Both the position numbers and the translations under genes were made by a program. Below the pieces are notes generated by a model. It saw nothing but the letters and a program-made list of their open reading frames with translations. It was not told where the DNA came from and did not search any database. A stretch of DNA of 64,000 nt from an uncultured Clostridium sp. (GTDB taxonomy: Bacteria > Bacillota > Clostridia > TANB77 > CAG-465), in assembly GCA_947361355.1 (NCBI GenBank), contig CANAIR010000004.1, forward strand, positions 17,226 to 81,225, given 5' to 3'. How positions within the stretch are numbered: the first letter of the stretch is position 1; every line of letters starts with the position of its first letter. This document shows, one piece after another, positions 39,090-48,414 of the stretch.

Positions 39090-40379
39090 TTATTTTGATT
39101 TTAATTTTCTATTTATCTTTCTTATTATTCCTGTATATTTCCAAGTCCTTGAATGATATATTTTTTCAAGTTCATCTTTTAACATATCACATTGATTTAT
39201 AGCCTTAGTAGCTGTAACTTCTAATTCATTTATATTTTCTTTTTCTGTTTTATATCTATTAGAAAAAAACTCACATATTTTTTCATTTTCTTTACTTTTA
39301 GTTTGAATACTTTCTTTTAGTATATTTGAAATACTATTTACCTCTACTACTTCCCTTTTATTTTTCTTGTCAAAATCTAATTTTTCCTTTTCAAAAATAC
39401 CTTTACTATTTTTTGTTATCATATACAATTCATCAACTTCATTTTTACTGTTAAAAACAGCAAAATCAATTTCTCTTTCTAAAGGCTCTTTACTACATTC
39501 AATAAAAAATGAATTTGAAAAAAAGTCAAATTGATTCTCTTTTATAACCTCTTTATATGCTTTTTTTTCATCAAAGTTAAGTATTGTTTTATCATAATAA
39601 TACACATCGTATAAATTATCTATATCATCTTCAGTTGGTAAGCACTCATCACTAAATATTACATTAGGTAACTTATAATCTGGTAATGGATAATAAAATC
39701 TAATATTATCTAAATTATTTCTTTTAAGTATAGACTTTATTTGTTCTTTTCCAAAAGTCATAGGTCCCTTTTTATTTGCATAACCTAAAATGCCATCATA
39801 TTTTATACTTGTATGATCTTCAACTGCACCAGCAAAATATTTCATACCAAATTGATTTTCTATTGCAATTAAGATTTTACCATCATCTTTTAATAATTTT
39901 TTTATATTACACAAAAATTCATCGAAAGGATTTTCAGAATTTGTAAACATGTTTGCATATTCAAATACCCCAATTAATGTAATATAATCAAATTTTTTAT
40001 CAAACTTTATATCATTTAAATTTCCAACAATAAGTTCTAAATTTTCAAAATCTTGATATTTAGCTTCTATAACACTTGCCCTTTGTTTTGAAAGCTCTAC
40101 TGCTGTTACTGTTTTAGCATTTTTGCAAAGGACACCAGTCATTGCTCCAAGACCAGCACCGATTTCTAATATATCAGAATTATTTTTAAAAGGATACCAA
40201 TTTAGCATATTTTGTCTTATTGAAGTAAGGTGATAAAAAACGGGCCATCTCATATCATTTAAAAAAACATCATTATACTTATTTATTGGCGTATTTTTTA
40301 CATATTCTAAAATTTCTTTTTCTACTTCACCATCAGAATATAAATCTTCACCTTTATAATAATCATAATTAACTTTCAT
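39090..40379 (-). CDS. class I SAM-dependent methyltransferase with C-terminal coiled-coil tail
   Basis: 429 aa. Intact motif I (ILEIGAGLGAMT). N-domain paralogous to the 595-aa protein. Tail ends YHSRTWKYTGIIRKI. Confidence 0.8.
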   Translation of the reverse strand: MKVNYDYYKGEDLYSDGEVEKEILEYVKNTPINKYNDVFLNDMRWPVFYHLTSIRQNMLNWYPFKNNSDILEIGAGLGAMTGVLCKNAKTVTAVELSKQRASVIEAKYQDFENLELIVGNLNDIKFDKKFDYITLIGVFEYANMFTNSENPFDEFLCNIKKLLKDDGKILIAIENQFGMKYFAGAVEDHTSIKYDGILGYANKKGPMTFGKEQIKSILKRNNLDNIRFYYPLPDYKLPNVIFSDECLPTEDDIDNLYDVYYYDKTILNFDEKKAYKEVIKENQFDFFSNSFFIECSKEPLEREIDFAVFNSKNEVDELYMITKNSKGIFEKEKLDFDKKNKREVVEVNSISNILKESIQTKSKENEKICEFFSNRYKTEKENINELEVTATKAINQCDMLKDELEKIYHSRTWKYTGIIRKINRKLKSK

Positions 40380-40381
40380 AT

Positions 40382-41722
40382 TTACTCTCCTTTTTTTAGC
40401 TCAATTTGTGTTTTTAAATCAAATAATCCTAAACAATCTCTATTTGCAAGAACTTCAATAAATATAGCATCATATTTTCTTTGAAAAGCCTCAAGATTTC
40501 CATTATTATCTAGTCTAGTACATCCAAATGATACAGTATATTTATCTGGTGCAAGTGGAACAATTTGCCTAAATTCTATTATTACAACATCTCCCTTTTG
40601 ATAAGTTCCAGTTATTTTTTTATACGCATATGTATTAACACCACATACTTCTAATCCCTTAAAATCTTTTATTGACATTGCAAAAATAGGTTCATCTACT
40701 AGTTCATTAAATCTTACTTTCATTTTTATAATAATTTCTTCATTATTGTTTATAGAATTAATATAATTATTATTCAAATCAAATATACCATAATCGATTA
40801 TTTCAGCTTTGCCATTACCATAGATTATAGTATCAGGATTTAAAGTGAAGTTATCTTTCCACACCTCACCTTTTTGCTCTACTCTTTTAATTTCATTAAT
40901 CTCATAAGCATTTGAATCTTTTTCATCATTTTTTTGATCTTCAATTTGCTTTTGATCTAATCCAACTATTATTTTTTTATATTTATCTACACCTTGCTTT
41001 ACATTTCCGTCATATATTTTTCTTCCACCTGATATGATAATTGCTCTATTACAGTTTTTTATTACATCAACTATACTATGTGTAACGAATAAAATTGTTT
41101 TGCCTCTTTTTTTAAATTCTTCAAATTTTTTAAAACATTTTAATTGGAAAGCCATATCACCTACTGATAAAACTTCATCTACAATTAAAACTTCTGGATC
41201 AACATTTATAGCACATGCAAATGCAAGACGTGCAAACATACCTGAAGAATATGTTTTTACAGGTTGTGATAAATGTTCACCTATATCTGCAAAATCTATA
41301 ATTTCTTGTTCTTTTTGTTTTATTTGTTCTTTTGTAAGTCCCATTACAAGACCATTTTGATATATATTTTCGTAACCAGTAAGCTCAGGATTAAATGCTG
41401 TACCAAGTTCTAAAAGAGAACTAATTTTACCATTTACATTTATACTACCTGATGTAGGTGTTACAACACCCGTTATCATCTTTAAAAGTGTAGATTTACC
41501 AGCACCATTTTTCCCAAGAATTCCTACTACTTCGCCTTTTTTTACATCAAGATTTAAATCATCCATTGCTTTAAATGTGCTGTGCTTATTTATTCTTGGA
41601 AACATAGTTTCAAGTAATCTATCTAACTTTCTATTATACATTTTGTATTCTTTAGTTAAATTTTTAATACTGATAATAGTATCATCATTACTATTAGCCA
41701 CATTTTGTATGTTATTACTCAT
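40382..41722 (-). CDS. wzt: polysaccharide ABC exporter ATP-binding protein with extended C-terminal (Wzt_C-like) domain
   Basis: 446 aa. Walker A (GKNGAGKST), signature (YSSGMFARLAF), Walker B (LIVDE). About 200 extra residues beyond the ATPase core. Confidence 0.88.
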   Translation of the reverse strand: MSNNIQNVANSNDDTIISIKNLTKEYKMYNRKLDRLLETMFPRINKHSTFKAMDDLNLDVKKGEVVGILGKNGAGKSTLLKMITGVVTPTSGSINVNGKISSLLELGTAFNPELTGYENIYQNGLVMGLTKEQIKQKEQEIIDFADIGEHLSQPVKTYSSGMFARLAFACAINVDPEVLIVDEVLSVGDMAFQLKCFKKFEEFKKRGKTILFVTHSIVDVIKNCNRAIIISGGRKIYDGNVKQGVDKYKKIIVGLDQKQIEDQKNDEKDSNAYEINEIKRVEQKGEVWKDNFTLNPDTIIYGNGKAEIIDYGIFDLNNNYINSINNNEEIIIKMKVRFNELVDEPIFAMSIKDFKGLEVCGVNTYAYKKITGTYQKGDVVIIEFRQIVPLAPDKYTVSFGCTRLDNNGNLEAFQRKYDAIFIEVLANRDCLGLFDLKTQIELKKGE

Positions 41723-41726
41723 TAAA

Positions 41727-42716
41727 TTATTTCACATCCTTTTTGTTTGTTATTAATAATTTTAAATTATACATTAACCTTACTACAATTGGAACATTCA
41801 TTATACAAAATAGTGATATATAAAAAGTTAGTCTATCATTTTTATATAACTTATGAAATGTTGACAATTTTCTAAAATTTATATTCTTTTTATTTTTTAC
41901 CATTTTATAATAATCAATTGCTTTTTTATTTAATTCATTTTGCTCTTTTGTAAAAAGTTTAGTATAATTTAAAAAAGTATCAAAATTTTTTATTCTAATA
42001 TCAATCAAATGATTTCTAACAGATTCAAAATCATTATACTTATCTACATATCTTGATGTTCCAACCTGATTATCTATATGCTGCCTATACTTAATTGTTG
42101 GTTTATCTAAATATGCAACTTTTCCACTTAAAGCTACATTAATACCAATCCAATAATCATACAATATGTTTTCATTATCAGGTATTGGTAATATTTTATC
42201 TATAATACTAGCCTTTGAAAGTATAGTACAACCTGTAATTGTATTATATAATATTTCCAACTCATATCCTTTATATATACATTTTTTAATTTTATAATCA
42301 TATTCTTTTAATCTGTTAAATGAAAAGAAAATAGTATTTGCATTCTCATCAACAACTTCTAAATCAGTAAATACTAAATCAGCATCTTCTTTAATTAATT
42401 TTTCATAAGATAATTTTACTTTATCTTTCATCCATATATCATCTTGATCTGCAAACATAAAATAATTGCTTTCTACTTTTTCAAGCAAAAATTGAAATGT
42501 TTTATCAGATCCAATATTCTTCTCGTTTTTAAATAATATTATTCTTTCATCTTTTTTTTCATATTCTTCAAGTATTTTGAAAGTATTATCAGTTGAACAA
42601 TCATCACATATTAAAAGTCTAAAGTTTTCATATGTTTGATTAAGTATAGAATCCATCAATTCTTTTAGATATTTTTGCCCATTATATGTAGCAAGTAATA
42701 TATCAATTTTTTCCAT
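41727..42716 (-). CDS. family 2 glycosyltransferase (rhamnosyltransferase-like, WbbL/RgpB type)
   Basis: 329 aa. ILLATYNGQKYLKELMDSILNQTY...CDDCSTD...ADQDDIW. Confidence 0.8.
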   Translation of the reverse strand: MEKIDILLATYNGQKYLKELMDSILNQTYENFRLLICDDCSTDNTFKILEEYEKKDERIILFKNEKNIGSDKTFQFLLEKVESNYFMFADQDDIWMKDKVKLSYEKLIKEDADLVFTDLEVVDENANTIFFSFNRLKEYDYKIKKCIYKGYELEILYNTITGCTILSKASIIDKILPIPDNENILYDYWIGINVALSGKVAYLDKPTIKYRQHIDNQVGTSRYVDKYNDFESVRNHLIDIRIKNFDTFLNYTKLFTKEQNELNKKAIDYYKMVKNKKNINFRKLSTFHKLYKNDRLTFYISLFCIMNVPIVVRLMYNLKLLITNKKDVK

Positions 42717-42727
42717 ATCATTTCTCC

Positions 42728-43519
42728 TTACAGTACATCTGCAAAGTCTTTTTTATTTTTTCTAAATACATAGTTACTCCAAAAAAACATTATAACTACA
42801 ATAACCCAAAACACAATTGTTGGAATACCACACATAGCAAGTATATGTGACTCCCCAGTAAAAGCACGTCTTAATCCATTTACCAAATATGTAAATGGTA
42901 AACAATTAACTATTTTATAAAGTAACTGATGACCTTCTAACATTGATATATTCCACATTATTGGTGTAAACCAAAACATAAGCTGCATAAGAACATTTAA
43001 AAGTTGTGTAAAATCTGGCACTAATGTACATACAGCAGACGTAAATCTAGTTATTGTAATAACTAAAGCATATGCTGCAAGTATAAGATAAACAAATTCT
43101 AATACATTTACAAAATAACCAACAAAAGCACATACAACAATCGATATTCCAAATAAGAAAAATCCAATAATACTTGTAGATGTAAGAGATATTACTGGTA
43201 TTATATCAACGGGAAAAACTACCTTTTTAACAAGATAACTATATGTTCTAATAGACGCACTTGCATTAATTATACTATCATTTAAAAACATCCACATTGA
43301 CATACCTGGTAAAAACCATACAATATATGGATAATTTCCAGCACTTCCAGTTTTTAAAATATATTGAAATACTATAACATATGTCATCATAAATATAAAT
43401 GGTTGAATAAATCCCCATATTAAACCTAAACTTGTACTTGCAAATCTATTTTTAAAATCACTTTTACCTAACTGTAAAATTATTTTTTTATTCTTAAATA
43501 ATGTTTTTATAAAATCCAT
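42728..43519 (-). CDS. wzm: polysaccharide ABC exporter permease (ABC-2 type)
   Basis: 263 aa, six TM helices, N-terminal KSDFKNRFASTSLGLIWGFIQP motif typical of Wzm/TagG. Confidence 0.88.
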   Translation of the reverse strand: MDFIKTLFKNKKIILQLGKSDFKNRFASTSLGLIWGFIQPFIFMMTYVIVFQYILKTGSAGNYPYIVWFLPGMSMWMFLNDSIINASASIRTYSYLVKKVVFPVDIIPVISLTSTSIIGFFLFGISIVVCAFVGYFVNVLEFVYLILAAYALVITITRFTSAVCTLVPDFTQLLNVLMQLMFWFTPIMWNISMLEGHQLLYKIVNCLPFTYLVNGLRRAFTGESHILAMCGIPTIVFWVIVVIMFFWSNYVFRKNKKDFADVL

Positions 43520-43556
43520 ATCTCAATCCTTTCTATTTTACCATTTTACAGTCACA

Positions 43557-43585
43557 ATTATATCATTAATAGTATAAAATTTCAA
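43557..43585 (-). promoter_or_regulatory. sigma-70-type promoter (TTGAAA-17-TATAAT) for the wzm operon
   Basis: Minus sense TTGAAA (43580-43585), 17-nt spacer, TATAAT (43557-43562), about 40 nt upstream of wzm. Confidence 0.55.
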
Positions 43586-43607
43586 GGAAATAAAACAAAT
43601 TATACAA

Positions 43608-43641
43608 CAAAGAACAAGGATGATTTTTCCACCCTTGTTCT
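43608..43641 (-). terminator. hairpin terminator after the 94-aa gene
   Basis: AGAACAAGG / CCTTGTTCT stem. The U-run is weak (UUGUUG). Confidence 0.45.
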
Positions 43642-43687
43642 AAAACTGGAATATATAGAAGTTCTACTATTAAAGTAGTAAATTATT

Positions 43688-43972
43688 TTAAAGCTGTTTT
43701 AAACTTAAACAATAATTTTTCATTTCCACATCTGTTAAAATGTTAAAAATTTTTTCAAATTCCTCTGGTCGTTTATAAAATATTTTTTTAATTACTTTCT
43801 TACAATTTGACAAAAATCCATTTTTACATTCATCAAAATCCTTACCTCTATTTTCTTTAAAATCATAAATACTAGTTGCTACAATTTTCCCATCTGCTAT
43901 TTCTAGTTTATACACCACTGGCAAATCATCTAAATATACTCTGTATTTTTTCATTTTTGTTATAGTATCCAT
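43688..43972 (-). CDS. hypothetical protein (94 aa)
   Basis: ORF with GGAGG RBS and its own terminator. No family recognised. Confidence 0.55.
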   Translation of the reverse strand: MDTITKMKKYRVYLDDLPVVYKLEIADGKIVATSIYDFKENRGKDFDECKNGFLSNCKKVIKKIFYKRPEEFEKIFNILTDVEMKNYCLSLKQL

Positions 43973-44256
43973 GTTATTTTACCTCCATATATTTATTAAA
44001 TGTATAGTTATTAAAAACATAATAATAAGTTTTTATACAAGATTTAAGTTTTCACAAACTAACCCACAAAATCTTTGTTATAGCCTATACAAATATCACC
44101 ATTTTTAATGATGAATATGAAATATAAATTACAATATTTTCTTTTAATTTTTCAATTATTTTTCCTCCTTATCAATTGATAAAGTATTTATAAATTAACC
44201 TTTGAAATTATAACATAAATGATATAACTATGCAAGAAAAAATTACAATAAACGTC

Positions 44257-44289
44257 AAAAAAGAAACGCCTATATAGACGTTTCTTTTT
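44257..44289 (-). terminator. intrinsic terminator after the KH-domain gene
   Basis: 11-bp stem AAAAAGAAACG / CGTTTCTTTTT with U-run. Confidence 0.65.
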
Positions 44290-44295
44290 GAATAA

Positions 44296-45042
44296 CTAAT
44301 TATACGCTTTTATATCAACAAAGTTTACTTTTAAATCTTCTGCCATTTTTTTTGCACAACGACCACCTTTTCCAATTGCGATACCTACATATTCTTTAGG
44401 AACACGAATTTCAAGCCTACCATTTTTAAGTTTATCTAAAATATTACTCCTTTTAATTATAAGTGTCTCATACTTACTTACATACTTATATGGTTTCTTG
44501 AGAACAAAGGTATAGTACTCGTTTTCATCAAGTAATTTTTCTATACTACAAGCTCTCTTAAGGATAGTAGAAACGCCGTCACAGCCATTTTTAATATTAA
44601 ATTCTACCTCACCTTTAATACCTTCGATCTTTACATTTTCATCAATTTTTGAAAGATATTTTTTTGAGGCTTTTACCATTTTTTGAGTGGGTACACCTTT
44701 TACTAATGTACTCATTCTCATATAAGTAAAAGAGCCATCATTATTTTTCCTATAAAGTGGTAATTCTACATCTTCATATTCAACAACATCTGGATCCCAA
44801 ACTTCAATTTTTGTATCTCCAACTTTTTTATATGAAGATGTATAAAAACTAATTACTTCCTGATACAATTTTATATCACTTACATCACCATCTTTTGATG
44901 CAAGCTGTCTTTTTTTACAAAAAGAACCTATTATATCATATACAAAATATTTAAGTTTGCCTTCTTTAGCAATAAAACTAAAGTTTCTTTGTGGTACTAA
45001 ATAAAGCTCTCTAATTACTGGCATACAATTATTTTTTTTCAT
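44296..45042 (-). CDS. uncharacterised protein with C-terminal KH (RNA-binding) domain
   Basis: 248 aa. The last ~40 aa carry the KH signature (VGIAIGKGGRCAKKMAEDL). The N-terminal ~200 aa are unrecognised. Confidence 0.65.
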   Translation of the reverse strand: MKKNNCMPVIRELYLVPQRNFSFIAKEGKLKYFVYDIIGSFCKKRQLASKDGDVSDIKLYQEVISFYTSSYKKVGDTKIEVWDPDVVEYEDVELPLYRKNNDGSFTYMRMSTLVKGVPTQKMVKASKKYLSKIDENVKIEGIKGEVEFNIKNGCDGVSTILKRACSIEKLLDENEYYTFVLKKPYKYVSKYETLIIKRSNILDKLKNGRLEIRVPKEYVGIAIGKGGRCAKKMAEDLKVNFVDIKAYN

Positions 45043-45094
45043 TATTTTTCTCTCCTTAAAAAAATTTTTTTAGGTTACTACTTATCTATATTAG

Positions 45095-45123
45095 ATTATA
45101 CATTATTTTCGATATTATGTCAA
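45095..45123 (-). promoter_or_regulatory. consensus sigma-70-type promoter (TTGACA-17-TATAAT) for the KH-domain gene
   Basis: Minus sense TTGACA (45118-45123), 17-nt spacer, TATAAT (45095-45100). Confidence 0.6.
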
Positions 45124-45154
45124 ACAAAACATTATATTTTTGTATATAAGCAAC

Positions 45155-45187
45155 AAAAAATCAGCATAAAATTTATACTGATTTTTT
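45155..45187 (-). terminator. intrinsic terminator after the small transporter gene
   Basis: AAAAAATCAG / CTGATTTTTT 10-bp stem. Confidence 0.6.
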
Positions 45188-45201
45188 ATTTTTGTATTAT
45201 A

Positions 45202-45621
45202 TCATACTTTTATTTCACTAACTACTTTTTCATTATTTAATTTATTATTTGCCACTTCATTTTTATTACTTGGTAGTTTTATATTCATAATTATAATACC
45301 AACAATTACTAAAGATGCACCTACTAATCCAGTTATACTAATTTTTTCTTTAAACACAAAATATGATGCAATAAGTGTAACTATTTGTACTATACCAGTT
45401 GTAAGTGGGTATATAAAACTTAAATCAAATAACACTACAATTCTTGTAAAAAGTAAAAAGCTACAAATGTAACATACAAAACCAATTGCACTAATTGTAC
45501 TCATACTAAAAGCAAAACTTCCATCCCTAAATGATATTGTACCTGGATTTCCTCCAAGCTTCATAAATACCAAACCAAGAACTGTTAAAACAAGATATAT
45601 AGGAACTAATACATACTTCAT
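45202..45621 (-). CDS. small 4-TM DMT/SMR-like membrane protein (ArnE/F-like lipid-linked sugar flippase candidate)
   Basis: 139 aa, four hydrophobic helices, EamA/SMR-like C-terminal half (SYFVFKEKISITGLVGASLVIVGIIIMN). Confidence 0.6.
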   Translation of the reverse strand: MKYVLVPIYLVLTVLGLVFMKLGGNPGTISFRDGSFAFSMSTISAIGFVCYICSFLLFTRIVVLFDLSFIYPLTTGIVQIVTLIASYFVFKEKISITGLVGASLVIVGIIIMNIKLPSNKNEVANNKLNNEKVVSEIKV

Positions 45622-45671
45622 TTATTCACCTACTTTCATATTTTTTATTATTACTTTATAACTACTTATTC

Positions 45672-45700
45672 ATTATATCATTACTATTTATAATTTTCAA
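45672..45700 (-). promoter_or_regulatory. sigma-70-type promoter (TTGAAA-17-TATAAT) for the small transporter gene
   Basis: Minus sense TTGAAA (45695-45700), 17-nt spacer, TATAAT (45672-45677). Confidence 0.55.
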
Positions 45701-45726
45701 CATTTATTAATCTATATATTTTACTA

Positions 45727-45766
45727 TAAAAAGCTGACATTTAAAACCAATTCAAATGTCAGCCTT
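45727..45766 (-). terminator. intrinsic terminator ending the pgm-rml operon
   Basis: GCTGACATTT / AAATGTCAGC stem extended by A-T pairs, followed by U5 in the minus sense. Confidence 0.7.
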
Positions 45767-45770
45767 TTTA

Positions 45771-46733
45771 TTAATAATCTTTATTTGCATACCACGCAAT
45801 AGTTCTTCTTAAACCTTCTTCAACTGTAACAGATGGTTCCCATCCAAGTTCTCTTTTTATTTTTGAAGAATTAATAGCATATCTATAGTCATGACCTTTT
45901 CTATCTTCAACAAATGTTATTAAGTCTTCTGATTTTCCAAGTTCTTTTAATATAGTTTTTACAATATCTATATTTGTTTTTTCATTATTTCCACCAACGT
46001 TATATACTTCGCCTTTTACACCTTTATGTAAAACTGTATCAATAGCAATACAATGATCAAGTACAAACAACCAATCACGTATATTTTTACCATTACCATA
46101 TACAGGCAATTTTTCTCCTGCTTTTGCTTTTTTTATCATAAGTGGAATTAATTTTTCTTCATGTTGATTTGGCCCATAATTATTTGAACATCTAGTAATA
46201 CAAACATTCATATTAAATGTTTCACAATATGCTCTAACAACTAAATCAGAACCTGCCTTTGAAGCTGAATATGGACTATTTGGTGCAAGTGGTAATGTTT
46301 CAACAAACATCTCATCGCCATCTTTTAAAGTACCATATACTTCATCTGTTGATACATGAACAAACCTATTATTAGAACCTTCGCCCCATACTCTTTTGCA
46401 AGCTTCAATAAGTGCATGTGTACCCATTACATTATTTTCTGTAAATGTTAGCGGTCTTTTTATACTATTGTCAACATGAGATTCAGCAGCAAAATGTACA
46501 ACAGCGTCTATTTCATATTTTTTTAAAGTTTCTACATCCTTATCTAAATCACAGATATCTGCCTCTACTAATGTATACTTACCTTCTGATGGCTTTAAAT
46601 TATCAATGTTAGCTGCATATGTCATCTTGTCATATACAATATAACTATATTTATCTCCATATTTTTCTACCATATGATTAACAAAGTTTGAACCTATAAA
46701 TCCAGCTCCACCAGTTATTAAAATATTTTTCAT
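45771..46733 (-). CDS. rfbB: dTDP-glucose 4,6-dehydratase
   Basis: 320 aa. TGGAGFIGSNF, STDEVYG and YSASKA motifs. Confidence 0.93.
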   Translation of the reverse strand: MKNILITGGAGFIGSNFVNHMVEKYGDKYSYIVYDKMTYAANIDNLKPSEGKYTLVEADICDLDKDVETLKKYEIDAVVHFAAESHVDNSIKRPLTFTENNVMGTHALIEACKRVWGEGSNNRFVHVSTDEVYGTLKDGDEMFVETLPLAPNSPYSASKAGSDLVVRAYCETFNMNVCITRCSNNYGPNQHEEKLIPLMIKKAKAGEKLPVYGNGKNIRDWLFVLDHCIAIDTVLHKGVKGEVYNVGGNNEKTNIDIVKTILKELGKSEDLITFVEDRKGHDYRYAINSSKIKRELGWEPSVTVEEGLRRTIAWYANKDY

Positions 46734-46762
46734 TTTTATTCCTCCATTTATTATATTAAAAT

Positions 46763-46906
46763 TTATTTAAAATATAGTAGTAAACCTATAACTGCCGAAA
46801 ATCCAAGTATTAAAAACACAAATATTAATGTTAACAATATAGATAATCTATCTCTTGCTGGCAAATCATCTACATTACTTTTTTTAACTTCAATTTCTTC
46901 ACTCAT
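46763..46906 (-). CDS. 47-aa single-pass membrane micro-protein inside the rml operon
   Basis: Not in the ORF track. Own translation: MSEEIEVKKSNVDDLPARDRLSILLTLIFVFLILGFSAVIGLLLYFK behind AAGAGGTGA. Confidence 0.5.
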   Translation of the reverse strand: MSEEIEVKKSNVDDLPARDRLSILLTLIFVFLILGFSAVIGLLLYFK

Positions 46907-46926
46907 ATATATCACCTCTTAAAACT

Positions 46927-47505
46927 TTATAAATTTTTAAATAAATCAGTTTTGCTTAATTCTTTTAAGCTTGGCCATTTTCCATCTTTTTCAGAAGTTA
47001 TTAAGTCACCTTCACTAATACCTTTCATTGGCCAATTTATATTTACATCAGGATCATTCCATGCAAGTCCACCTTCTGCTTTAGGATTATATAAATCATC
47101 ACATTTATATGTAAATTCAGCTTCATCAGATAAAACTAGAAAACCATGTGCAAAGCCTCTTGGTATCATAAACATTTTTTTATTTTCTTCTGAAAGTATA
47201 ACGCCTTCCCATTTTCCGTATGTTTTGCTACCAGGTCTTAAATCAACTGCTACATCAAATACTTCACCTTTTATAACTCTAACAAGTTTTGCTTGAGTAT
47301 TTTCACTTTGAAAATGTAGACCCCTTAAAACACCTTTTCTAGACTTAGATTGATTATCTTGTACAAATTTATTTGTTATTCCAATTTCTGCAAATTCAGA
47401 TTCACTATATGTTTCCATAAAGTAACCTCTATCATCTCCAAAAACCCTTGGTTCAATAACATAAACACCATCTATACTTGTTTCTATTTTACTAAAATTA
47501 GACAT
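46927..47505 (-). CDS. rfbC: dTDP-4-dehydrorhamnose 3,5-epimerase
   Basis: 192 aa. FGDDRGYFMETY, RGLHFQ and PRGFAHGF motifs. Confidence 0.93.
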   Translation of the reverse strand: MSNFSKIETSIDGVYVIEPRVFGDDRGYFMETYSESEFAEIGITNKFVQDNQSKSRKGVLRGLHFQSENTQAKLVRVIKGEVFDVAVDLRPGSKTYGKWEGVILSEENKKMFMIPRGFAHGFLVLSDEAEFTYKCDDLYNPKAEGGLAWNDPDVNINWPMKGISEGDLITSEKDGKWPSLKELSKTDLFKNL

Positions 47506-47542
47506 TTAACTACCTTCTTTCAAATCTTTTTATTAATATTTT

Positions 47543-48412
47543 CTATATATCTTTAACAACTTTTTTTATATATTTACCATAATCAGTTTTTTTATATTTT
47601 TCTGCAATAGCAATAGTTTGGTCTTTTGTAATCCAACCGTTTTTAAATGCTATTTCTTCTAAACAAGCTATTTGTGTTCCTTGTCTAAGTTCAATAGCCT
47701 TTACAAAGTCAGCTGCATCATTTAATCTATCAGGAGTACCTGTATCAAACCACGCAAAGCCACGACCAAGAGGAATAACTTTTAATTTACCTTTTTGCAT
47801 ATATACTTTATTTATATCAGTTATTTCAAGTTCACCTCTAGCAGAAGGTTTTATTTCATTTGCTATCTTTACAACATTGTTATCATAAAAATAAAGTCCT
47901 GGGACAGCTAAATTAGATTTTGGATTTTCAGGTTTTTCTTCAATAGATAAAGCTGTACCATTATCATCCATTTCTACAACACCGTAAGATGTAGGATCAG
48001 AAACTTCGTAACCAAATATTACTCCACCTTCTTTTAAAGAACTAGCATCTTTTAACATATTTTCAAGTCCTGGCCCATATATCATGTTATCACCAAGTAT
48101 TAATGATACATTATCATCACCTATAAAATCAGCGCCTAATCTAAAAGCATCCGCAAGTCCTACTGGCTTTTCTTGTATTTTATAGTCAAGTTTCATTCCA
48201 AGATTACTACCATCACCAAGCAAAGTTTTAAACATTTCCAAATGCACTGGCGTAGATATTATTAAGATTTCATTTATCCCTGCTTGCATCAAAGTCGACA
48301 GTGGATAATATATCATTGGTTTATCGTAAACTGGAAGTAATTGCTTTGAAACAGCAAGAGTTATAGGATAAAGTCTTGTACCACTACCACCAGCAAGTAT
48401 AATTCCTTTCAT
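47543..48412 (-). CDS. rfbA: glucose-1-phosphate thymidylyltransferase
   Basis: 289 aa. [18 protein letters not shown]...[17 protein letters not shown]. Confidence 0.95.
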   Translation of the reverse strand: MKGIILAGGSGTRLYPITLAVSKQLLPVYDKPMIYYPLSTLMQAGINEILIISTPVHLEMFKTLLGDGSNLGMKLDYKIQEKPVGLADAFRLGADFIGDDNVSLILGDNMIYGPGLENMLKDASSLKEGGVIFGYEVSDPTSYGVVEMDDNGTALSIEEKPENPKSNLAVPGLYFYDNNVVKIANEIKPSARGELEITDINKVYMQKGKLKVIPLGRGFAWFDTGTPDRLNDAADFVKAIELRQGTQIACLEEIAFKNGWITKDQTIAIAEKYKKTDYGKYIKKVVKDI

Positions 48413-48414
48413 AA

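Noticed and set aside
44100-44170. A strong AAGGAGGAAAAA site on the minus strand in the 320-bp spacer, suggesting a missed small gene.
   Set aside because: No ATG, GTG or TTG start gives more than a 3-codon ORF. Only an ATT-initiated 23-codon frame exists, and I cannot support that. It may be a relic RBS.
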